DNA of 64,000 nucleotides from a virus (taxonomy: Duplodnaviria; Caudoviricetes). Within the stretch, counting starts at the first letter, position 1; each line of letters begins with the position of its first letter. Made by a program: the position numbers and the translations under genes. The DNA is taken from positions 1,380 to 65,379 of the IMG/VR virus record IMGVR_UViG_3300021419_000005; one strand, written 5' to 3'. Positions 56,993 to 64,000 of the stretch are shown piece by piece. The notes under the pieces are model-generated. The model was not told where the DNA came from. It searched no databases and saw nothing but the letters and a program-made list of their open reading frames with translations.

Positions 56993-57320
56993 GCCTGTCA
57001 TCGGCTCGGATGGTGTCCGCACCGGGCGTTGGGTGGATGCCCAAGTCAACGCCGCCCCCATCACCTCCCGAGCCAAGCACAAGTTCCCCTCCATCGTGCT
57101 GCGCATCGCCGTCTCGCGCGATGACTGCTCCCACGGCGGAGAGGGGAGCCCCAAGCCCCAGGTGGCCCGAAGACTGAAGTGGGCCCCCTGCACCCTCAAC
57201 GACCCTGCCGTCCGCCGCGTTCTCGTTGATGCGTTGGACGGGAACGATTTCCAAGAAGCAGCCAGCGAGCTGCGCAGCCACCCCGACGCAGAGGCGATTC
57301 GGGCTCTCCTGGAGGACTGA
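56985..57320 (+). CDS. Hypothetical protein
   Basis: GAGG RBS; coupled to its neighbours. Confidence 0.6.
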   Translation: MAEPVIGSDGVRTGRWVDAQVNAAPITSRAKHKFPSIVLRIAVSRDDCSHGGEGSPKPQVARRLKWAPCTLNDPAVRRVLVDALDGNDFQEAASELRSHPDAEAIRALLED

Positions 57321-58096
57321 TGTCCGAGCAACAGGCAACACAAGGCGCTTTCGCCACCCTCGTCCAATCCGCCCTTGATGGCGCAGTGACCCCTGACCGG
57401 GTGCGTACCAAGGTTGAGGAGCACGTCGAGAATCTAGTGGACGAGACTATCGCCGATGCAATGCGGTCGTGGTCGAAGACCGGACAGTCCATCAAGGAGG
57501 TGGTCACAAGCTCCCTGCGAGTCGGCGACCGACTCAACATCCCCAGCTACGGCCATGTCGTCTGCCAGATTCTGGAGCGGCAGATCCAGGCACGCGTCGC
57601 GGATGTGGTCGCTGCTCGTCTCCAGAAGGACATGGACGACCTGCTCAAGCTGGCGCCGAAGCGGGTGAAGCTCTCGGAGCTGATTGCCGAGCTGCTGGGC
57701 GATGCCAACGACGACCCCTGCGGCTGCGACGGGCCCAGCAGCATCTACATGAGGCTTGAGTGGGGCGAGTACTCGTCCTGCTGGCTCCACATCCACAAGG
57801 AAGGGGAACCCAAGAGCAAGTGGGACTCAGACATTCGCGTGCTCATCAGCCTCCCAAAGAAGGCCGACGACTACGAGTTTGGCGAGACCCCCGAGGGGAC
57901 CATCTGCTCCGGGCAGGTGAAGGGCTCCGACCTGAAGAAGGACATCCGCTTCGGGTGGGGCACGGAGCACAAGCGCCAACCCACCGAGTTCGGTCGCTGG
58001 TTCGGCTTCGAACAGAAGTGGCTCGCCATGTACGCCGTGGGGACCATCATCGAACTCGACGAGGACAACTGCGTCCTCAACAAGTGGGACTACTGA
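57320..58096 (+). CDS. Hypothetical phage protein
   Basis: 258 aa; TGATG overlaps on both sides; GGAGG RBS. Confidence 0.75.
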   Translation: MSEQQATQGAFATLVQSALDGAVTPDRVRTKVEEHVENLVDETIADAMRSWSKTGQSIKEVVTSSLRVGDRLNIPSYGHVVCQILERQIQARVADVVAARLQKDMDDLLKLAPKRVKLSELIAELLGDANDDPCGCDGPSSIYMRLEWGEYSSCWLHIHKEGEPKSKWDSDIRVLISLPKKADDYEFGETPEGTICSGQVKGSDLKKDIRFGWGTEHKRQPTEFGRWFGFEQKWLAMYAVGTIIELDEDNCVLNKWDY

Positions 58097-58620
58097 TGGA
58101 CGCCTCCACCCACGACCTGGACGCCATCCAGGATTCCCTCGGTGCCCACGGCAACCCCATCGAGGTCGCCGTCTGCTGGCTCCTGTCCGTGCTCGACCAC
58201 GCCGAGGAGTACCCCGCGTCCATCGAAAACGATGCTGGACACCTCCAGCAACTGCGAGACCGGCTGGCGCTGCACTCCTTGGGCGACGACATCCCGGACG
58301 ATGGCTGGATTCAGTTCGGCTTCGTCAACCAGATCATGGGTCGCCCGCCACCCGAGTCGAACAGCATCACTCTGCTCCAAGCCCTCCAGGCCAAGGCACG
58401 GGCAGAGGCCCAAAACCGCCGCAATGTGAAGCCCGGCGAGATGCACACCGTCCACACGACGGCAGCCGACCGGCTCATCGCAGCCGCCATCACGGCCCGT
58501 GACCACGAAGGCGAGAACCCTACCAACCCCGACCCCATCGTCATCATCGGCGACGGCCCCGACTACTGCAAGGCGGTGTTCGTCCTGCGATTCCCAATGC
58601 CGGTGGTGTCCGATGCCTGA
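58096..58620 (+). CDS. Hypothetical protein
   Basis: TGATG overlap. Confidence 0.65.
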   Translation: MDASTHDLDAIQDSLGAHGNPIEVAVCWLLSVLDHAEEYPASIENDAGHLQQLRDRLALHSLGDDIPDDGWIQFGFVNQIMGRPPPESNSITLLQALQAKARAEAQNRRNVKPGEMHTVHTTAADRLIAAAITARDHEGENPTNPDPIVIIGDGPDYCKAVFVLRFPMPVVSDA

Positions 58621-59587
58621 CACCACCACCATCGAATGGACCGCCACCCGCCTCGAGGACGGCACCGTCCTGCCAGGCTTCACCTTCAATCCGTGGACCG
58701 GCTGCACCAAGGTCTCTCCGGCCTGCCGCAACTGCTACGCGGAGGGCTTCGCTCGCCGCAACAGCAAGGTGTTCGGGCAGTGGGGGCCGGGCTCGAACCG
58801 GAAGCGCACCAGCGACGCGAACTGGCGCAAGCCCCTCAAGTGGAACCGTGAGGCCGAGGCCAGCGGCATCCGCCGGAAGGTCTTCTGTGCCTCCATGGCT
58901 GACGTGTTTGAGCCCCGGCCCGAGGTCGACGCGTGGCGCCTGGACCTCTGGAGGCTCATCAAACAGACACCGCACCTGGACTGGTTGCTGCTCACGAAGC
59001 GGCCGGACGTCATGGCGTTGTGGGGAACACTGCAAGGCTGGCCAGTAAACGCGTGGGCCGGGACCACGGTCGAGGACCAGCAGCGGGCGGACGAGCGCAT
59101 CCCGCTATTGTTCCAGGTTCCAGCCCGGATTCGGTTCCTGTCGTGTGAGCCGCTGCTGGGGCCGGTGAACTTGCTTGGCGTAGACACCGTCGCCGCCCGG
59201 TCACTGGGGCCGCACTCCCTTTTGTGGCCGGCCGACCTGATCGACTGGGTCATAGCCGGCGGTGAGTCGGGACCAAACGCTCGACCGAGCCACCCAAGCT
59301 GGTTTCGTTCGCTGCAGACCCAGTGTGCAGAAGCGGACACCGCCTTCTTTTTCAAGCAGTGGGGGGCATGGTGCCCCCGCTCCACCGGCCACTGTCTCGA
59401 CGACTCTGCATCTCGGGTCAAGCTCGACGAGACCGGCCGCAACACAGCCACCGACGAGGTCGTTGCCGGTGTCCCCGGATGCGGGACGGGTCGCGAGCCC
59501 GTGTGGATGAACCGAGTCGGCAAGAAGCGAGCCGGCCGCCAACTCGACGGACGCACCTGGGACCAGGTGCCGGAGGCGACCCCATGA
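58613..59587 (+). CDS. DUF5131 / phage Gp37-Gp68 family radical-SAM-like protein
   Basis: TIEWT, FNPWTGCTKVSPACRNCYA, VFCASMADVF, LLTKRP, SCEPLLG, WVIAGGESG and FFFKQWG. Confidence 0.92.
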   Translation: MPDTTTIEWTATRLEDGTVLPGFTFNPWTGCTKVSPACRNCYAEGFARRNSKVFGQWGPGSNRKRTSDANWRKPLKWNREAEASGIRRKVFCASMADVFEPRPEVDAWRLDLWRLIKQTPHLDWLLLTKRPDVMALWGTLQGWPVNAWAGTTVEDQQRADERIPLLFQVPARIRFLSCEPLLGPVNLLGVDTVAARSLGPHSLLWPADLIDWVIAGGESGPNARPSHPSWFRSLQTQCAEADTAFFFKQWGAWCPRSTGHCLDDSASRVKLDETGRNTATDEVVAGVPGCGTGREPVWMNRVGKKRAGRQLDGRTWDQVPEATP

Positions 59588-60303
59588 CCGACGCCATGCG
59601 AACGGACCCGTTCATGGTCCGCTGCCTTGAGCTCACCGACGAGCAGTGCTGGACCGGTGCGACGCTCGACGCCACTCTCGGGCAGCTCATCGAACATGCC
59701 GTGGACGTGGTGGACCGCGGTGACCGCGACCCCGGCGTCTTCGACATCGAGGTCTTCTCCAACGTCCAGGTCTGCCCCGGGCCAGCTGCGGGCAACGACC
59801 CGGACACTTGCCCATGCGGTGAGACCCACCACGAGGAGCACGAGGAGCTCATCTTCGAACGGTACCCGCGACACGCGGTCTGGCCGGTACGGGTCTACAT
59901 CGGGCAGGCCGCCGGCGAGGACTTCGAGACGACGCTCTGGTCGTTCCGGACCTGGACGGAGGACGACGTCGAGGCCACCCGGGAGCACATCACTACCGAC
60001 AAGGGACTCCGCGTCGTCGACGGCTGGCGCCACCGTCAGTGCGACTGGCTTGCTGTGAGCAAGCGCCCCCTCTACGGCCGGTTCACGGTCACCCATCTGC
60101 CTTCCGGCGGCTTCCTCCTTGGACCTTCCAAGGGAGCGCCCCATCCGGAGTCTTGCTCCACTCGCGACGAGGCCCTCGACCTCCTCGTCTTCCTCTCCCA
60201 CCAGAAGTGGCTCCGGGACCTGACGATTCCTGCAGGTCCCGAAGCCGCTGACCGCCTCAACGCCCTTGTCGACCAATGGAGGGGCACATGCCCTGGCAGC
60301 TGA
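59584..60303 (+). CDS. Hypothetical protein
   Basis: ATGA overlap; GGAGG RBS. Confidence 0.65.
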   Translation: MTDAMRTDPFMVRCLELTDEQCWTGATLDATLGQLIEHAVDVVDRGDRDPGVFDIEVFSNVQVCPGPAAGNDPDTCPCGETHHEEHEELIFERYPRHAVWPVRVYIGQAAGEDFETTLWSFRTWTEDDVEATREHITTDKGLRVVDGWRHRQCDWLAVSKRPLYGRFTVTHLPSGGFLLGPSKGAPHPESCSTRDEALDLLVFLSHQKWLRDLTIPAGPEAADRLNALVDQWRGTCPGS

Positions 60304-60617
60304 CCATCATCCACGAGCAGCCTGGCGATGACCGTGAGCGAGTCTGCGTGCTCCGTCTCGCGGGCCCTGGCCCCGACGTCGTCCTCTCGCACGCGGCTCG
60401 CCACCTCACCATCACCGGACGCCGCGTGCCCCGGGGAGGCCTCGTCGGCCCCTACGGCTTCGACTTGGTTTCCCTCGCCACCCGTGGTCCCCAAGCCGCA
60501 TGCAACGAGCTGCTGGGCCGCACATCGACGGCCGCAGAACGGGGTTGGTTGATGGACCTGGTGGTTCGGTTCTCGCGGGCGTGGCTCGACCTCGACGAAC
60601 GGCGAGGTGCAGCATGA
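60288..60617 (+). CDS. Hypothetical protein
   Basis: GGAGG RBS; coupled to its neighbours. Confidence 0.6.
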   Translation: MPWQLTIIHEQPGDDRERVCVLRLAGPGPDVVLSHAARHLTITGRRVPRGGLVGPYGFDLVSLATRGPQAACNELLGRTSTAAERGWLMDLVVRFSRAWLDLDERRGAA

Positions 60618-61171
60618 AGACGGCGACGAACGAGCAACTGGCCGCGCTGACTGTGCCGGCGACGTTGCCGGGGGTGGCGCGACACACCACGCCGACGGTC
60701 GTCACCGACTGCGTGCGCAGTGCTGGCCGGATGCTCTGGCCCGGTGAGCGCGGTGTTGTCTTCGGTCCAACAACGTTCCAAGACGACCGACCATGTGTGT
60801 GGCTCGTCCTGCCGCCGTCTGTCGACGAAGAGCCCGACGTGGGACAGGTTCCGCTGTTGTCCCTTGGGGTCGACCTCACCCACGCAACTGGGCGGGCCCA
60901 TGTGGCTTGGGCCATTGGGCGCAACCAGGGCCTCCACCCGGAGTCCAGCCCACTTGAGCTGGTACAGCTGCCGATGATTGAGCCAGACGAACACCTCCCA
61001 GAGCCACACATCAGCATTGGGCCACACTCAGACCTGTCCCTTGGCGGCAAGGTCTGGGAACAGCTGGAACAGCTTGATGGGGAGGACGAGACACGCCTTC
61101 CGGACGGCTCTCGGTGGGTGGACGCTGAAGCGCTCCGCATCATCGCCCTCCACATCCTCGGAGATGCCTGA
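60614..61171 (+). CDS. Hypothetical protein
   Basis: ATGA overlap; C-terminal RLPDGSRWVDAEAL. Confidence 0.65.
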   Translation: MKTATNEQLAALTVPATLPGVARHTTPTVVTDCVRSAGRMLWPGERGVVFGPTTFQDDRPCVWLVLPPSVDEEPDVGQVPLLSLGVDLTHATGRAHVAWAIGRNQGLHPESSPLELVQLPMIEPDEHLPEPHISIGPHSDLSLGGKVWEQLEQLDGEDETRLPDGSRWVDAEALRIIALHILGDA

Positions 61172-61491
61172 TGGCCCGCATCCTGATTCGAGTCCGCTCC
61201 GGCATCCGCACTGGCCCCTCCACTCGCTGGGGCACCCGCAAGGCACTGTTCGCCAACCCCCACTGGCTGCGACCTGGCTGGTCCGTCGAGCAGGTTGGGG
61301 TGTGGGGAGTCGTCGCCACCGGTCCCGAACCCAAGACCATCGACGAGCTCGTCAACGCCACCGAGGAGATGCCTCCCTTGGTGTTCCGCGTGGTCGGTAA
61401 GCACGAGCGCATCAACCTCCGCGGAGAGCCCCACATTCGCAACACGGTCGAGAACGGCCGCATCACACGGTCTGTGGAGGTGTTCGAGTGA
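61171..61491 (+). CDS. Hypothetical protein
   Basis: TGATG overlap. Confidence 0.6.
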   Translation: MARILIRVRSGIRTGPSTRWGTRKALFANPHWLRPGWSVEQVGVWGVVATGPEPKTIDELVNATEEMPPLVFRVVGKHERINLRGEPHIRNTVENGRITRSVEVFE

Positions 61492-62051
61492 CCACTTCAC
61501 CCCAGCCCGAGCCCCGCCGCGGTCGTCCGCCCATCAGCGTCCTCGAGCACTGGCGCCGCGAGATGGTCTCCCGCAGGGTGACCATCACCGATGTCGCGAA
61601 GTACTTCGGTGTCGGTCCTCGCAGGGTCCACCAGTGGTGGCGGGACACCGGCCTGACCGAGAAGTGGCCCTACGCGGGCCGCGGACAGGCCATGGTGCCA
61701 GGCGCGCTCAGCAGTACGAGTGGCCCCTCCACTCCACAGGTGCGCGAGTTCCGCCGGAAGCGTCTCCGAGAGCTGCTCAAGGAGGTGCCCGACGCGTCGG
61801 ACCCGTGGCTCACCAACAAGCTCCGTAGCGAGGGAGTCCCCACTTCTGACCATGCGGTCCGCCAGGACCGCCGGGTGATGTGCATCCCTCCCCTGCAGGA
61901 ACGCCGAGAAGCGGAAATCGCCGACATTCGGAAGCACTACCCGAGTCTGGGTGTGGCCGACGTCTGGGACATCCTCCACGCCGACGGCTGGCAGATCAGC
62001 GAAAGGCAGGTCGCCACCATCTTCGGCTCCAAGGCATTGGAGGCGGCATGA
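61488..62051 (+). CDS. Multi-HTH hypothetical regulator
   Basis: TITDVAKYFGVGPRRVHQW and further HTH-like segments. Confidence 0.6.
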   Translation: MTTSPQPEPRRGRPPISVLEHWRREMVSRRVTITDVAKYFGVGPRRVHQWWRDTGLTEKWPYAGRGQAMVPGALSSTSGPSTPQVREFRRKRLRELLKEVPDASDPWLTNKLRSEGVPTSDHAVRQDRRVMCIPPLQERREAEIADIRKHYPSLGVADVWDILHADGWQISERQVATIFGSKALEAA

Positions 62052-62404
62052 GTCGCATCCTGGAAGCACTGGCGACGCTTGCCAGCGAGGCGACGCGCAT
62101 CCGCAAGGCGGTCGAGAAGATCGCAGCACGCGCCGATGTCGGCGACCTCATGACAGTGCCGCAAGCAACCAAGTTCCTCGGCATCGACTCCACAGTCGCT
62201 CGCCGCTGGATGGCCGAGCGCAACCTCATCCACGAGCTGCACATTGAAGGGCGAGAACGACCGGTGCGGCGAGTCGACAGGCAGGAACTCCTCCGCGCGG
62301 TGAAGCGGGACGGCAGGCCTGAGCCAAGGCCCAGCACTCGGACCCGACGAACGCCGGGACGAGGTCTGTCGGCGCTGGCAAACGCGGCGAAGAAGGCCTC
62401 GTGA
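62048..62404 (+). CDS. Excisionase-like HTH protein
   Basis: LMTVPQATKFLGIDSTVARRW; overlaps the integrase start. Confidence 0.7.
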   Translation: MSRILEALATLASEATRIRKAVEKIAARADVGDLMTVPQATKFLGIDSTVARRWMAERNLIHELHIEGRERPVRRVDRQELLRAVKRDGRPEPRPSTRTRRTPGRGLSALANAAKKAS

Positions 62405-63576
62405 AACCGCCGAGCAAGGTAGGCTCCGGAGCGGAGTCCACCATGCCCACCCGCAAGCCAAGGCGACCGAAGCCGGTGCATATGGGAGACGTGCGCGCGA
62501 GAGCGAAGCGTGCTCCCAAGTCTTCGGACCCGACGCGTTGGTACTGGCAGGCGGTGATTCGACGAGACGGCAAGGACGTCACCGTCGTCTCGGGTTGGTT
62601 TACGCGCAAGGAGATTTCCAAGGAGCTCGCCAAGCGGGTCGCGGAAGATGACCTCGACCGTCCTCGCGAGACCGGGACCATTGCTGGACTGGTGGATGCC
62701 TGGGCCGAACACGCCGCTACGGTTGCGCGCACATCCAAGAAGACCAAGGCAGCCCAGGTTCACGCGGGCAAGCGAATCGTCACGCACATGGGGGCTGTGT
62801 TGGTCGACCGAGTGCGTAAGGACACCATCGAATCGTTCCAAACGGCGTTGCTCGACGCAAACTACAGCCCCGCGACCATCCGCCTGACCCTCGTGTACCT
62901 GGGCCAAGCTTGGAACTATGGGCGTGAGCGTGGCCTGGTGCCCGACCGTTCGCTTCCGAAGGTTCGGCCACCGGTCCCGAGGCGGGTTCAGAACGACTAC
63001 GTCCCGACTGCCTCAGAGGCACGCCGTGTCCTGGAGCAGCTCGAGGAAGACAACTGGCAGCGCCGGGCGTTGGAGCTCATCCACGCTACCGGGTGCCGAG
63101 TCAACGAGGTTCTCCAACTCACGTGGGACGACTTCCGGCTGGAAGGACCGCGGACGAACGTCACAGTGCGGGGCAAGCGAACAAGCCGCACAGACGGAGT
63201 CCGCATCGTGGCGCTGGCTCCTTCGACGGTCGAGTACCTCCTCGCGATGCGAGAGGTCCAGCCCTCGACCAATGTACCGTTTCACGGCTACGCCAAAGCC
63301 AATGACCGCACCCTACTCCGGAACCTGAAGGCGTCGTGCCGGAAGGCCGGGGTGCCCGAGTTTCGGACCCATGCATTGCGAGCGCTGGCCATGACGCAAG
63401 CAATGCAGGCCAAGATTCCCCCGCACGTTGCCGCCGCCCACTTCGGGGTCACAGTCCCCGTGATGCTCACCCACTATGCACAGGTGGATGCCACCGATGC
63501 AGCCGAGACCGCCGCGGCGATTGGTCGTGCGGCACCCGAGCGCGGCAAGTTGCTCCCATTCCGCCGAAAGGGGTAG
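62401..63576 (+). CDS. int: Tyrosine recombinase / phage integrase (start may be ATG 62443)
   Basis: ATGCRVNEVLQLTWDD, VRGK, THALR and THY; N-terminal arm-binding-like and core-binding regions. Confidence 0.93.
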   Translation: MKPPSKVGSGAESTMPTRKPRRPKPVHMGDVRARAKRAPKSSDPTRWYWQAVIRRDGKDVTVVSGWFTRKEISKELAKRVAEDDLDRPRETGTIAGLVDAWAEHAATVARTSKKTKAAQVHAGKRIVTHMGAVLVDRVRKDTIESFQTALLDANYSPATIRLTLVYLGQAWNYGRERGLVPDRSLPKVRPPVPRRVQNDYVPTASEARRVLEQLEEDNWQRRALELIHATGCRVNEVLQLTWDDFRLEGPRTNVTVRGKRTSRTDGVRIVALAPSTVEYLLAMREVQPSTNVPFHGYAKANDRTLLRNLKASCRKAGVPEFRTHALRALAMTQAMQAKIPPHVAAAHFGVTVPVMLTHYAQVDATDAAETAAAIGRAAPERGKLLPFRRKG

Positions 63577-63625
63577 ACGGTACCGGATACGTATGCTAAT
63601 CCGTATCCACCAAGCAGGGGCAGTC

Positions 63626-63865
63626 GTGAGCCAAGAGACATGCACAATCGCCGCACGCGGCGTGCCGGTGAAGCTCCGAGAGGCGGCAGACACCCGCGCC
63701 GCAGCGCTCGGTATGTCGCGGTCTCGCTATCTCGAGCACCTCGTAGCGACCGATTGTGCACGTGTTGGACTTTGGCTTCCGGTGCCGGAGTCGGTACAAT
63801 CCGTCGGTACACCTGTACCGACAGCCGCCGAGAACAGCCGTCAGCAGGGAGGTACCAGCGAATGA
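63626..63865 (+). CDS. Ribbon-helix-helix (CopG-like) protein
   Basis: TIAARGVPVKLREAADTRAAALGMSRSRYLEHLV; upstream inverted repeat GGATACG/CGTATCC at 63585-63608. Confidence 0.6.
   Translation: MSQETCTIAARGVPVKLREAADTRAAALGMSRSRYLEHLVATDCARVGLWLPVPESVQSVGTPVPTAAENSRQQGGTSE
63790..63822. promoter_or_regulatory. Putative integrase arm-type binding sites (right end)
   Basis: GTCGGTACA at 63790 and 63803; inverted CTGTACCGAC at 63813-63822. Confidence 0.75.
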
Positions 63866-63873
63866 CGGAGAGA

Positions 63874-63884
63874 ATGCCCAGTTA
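63874..63884 (+). repeat. attR core ATGCCCAGTTA
   Basis: Exact match to 1332-1342, about 300 bp downstream of the integrase, followed by GGC to give GTTAGGC. Confidence 0.85.
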
Positions 63885-64000
63885 GGCGACGTTGGCCTGA
63901 CCTGCCACCACATCACGACTCGGCTCCTGCCGGATTCGACCCATCAAGTGGTTCGGAACGTGGAGGGATGTAGGGAGTGACGGTCCCCCTCCCCTCCGAC

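Larger units (their letters stand above)
1332..63884. mobile_element. Prophage, myovirus-like temperate phage, apparently complete (62,542 bp between cores)
   Basis: Direct repeat at both ends, integrase and excisionase next to the right end, and terminase, portal, capsid, sheath, tube, tape measure, baseplate, endolysin, repressor and replication genes. Confidence 0.95.

Noticed and set aside
1343-63873. Prophage as a true IntI-inserted gene cassette
   Set aside because: No attC hairpin or matching GGATAAC box is seen at the right end, while the 11-bp core, arm sites and its own integrase explain the insertion.

Overview
High-GC window almost entirely occupied by an apparently complete ~62.5 kb temperate contractile-tailed prophage (1332-63884). 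The host is probably Myxococcota-like, inferred only from GC content and a cargo lipoprotein with DCDD/DNDCD repeats. The prophage is bounded by an 11-bp direct repeat (ATGCCCAGTTA), with three GTCGGTACA arm-type motifs inside each end. The most striking observation is the target. The left flank holds two 144-bp integron attC-like hairpins bracketing a single-gene cassette, and the phage has inserted into the second one. Removing the prophage restores a canonical GCCTAAC/GTTAGGC attC core. Inside are head, tail and lysis modules, a -1 frameshifted tail chaperone, a divergent XRE immunity switch, a replication initiator with iterons, two DNA methyltransferases and nucleotide-metabolism genes. 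Unusual cargo includes TIMP-like and HslV/proteasome-beta-like proteins, a double-glycine peptide, a candidate two-gene defence pair and lipoproteins. All family calls are motif- and synteny-based by eye; no database searches were run.
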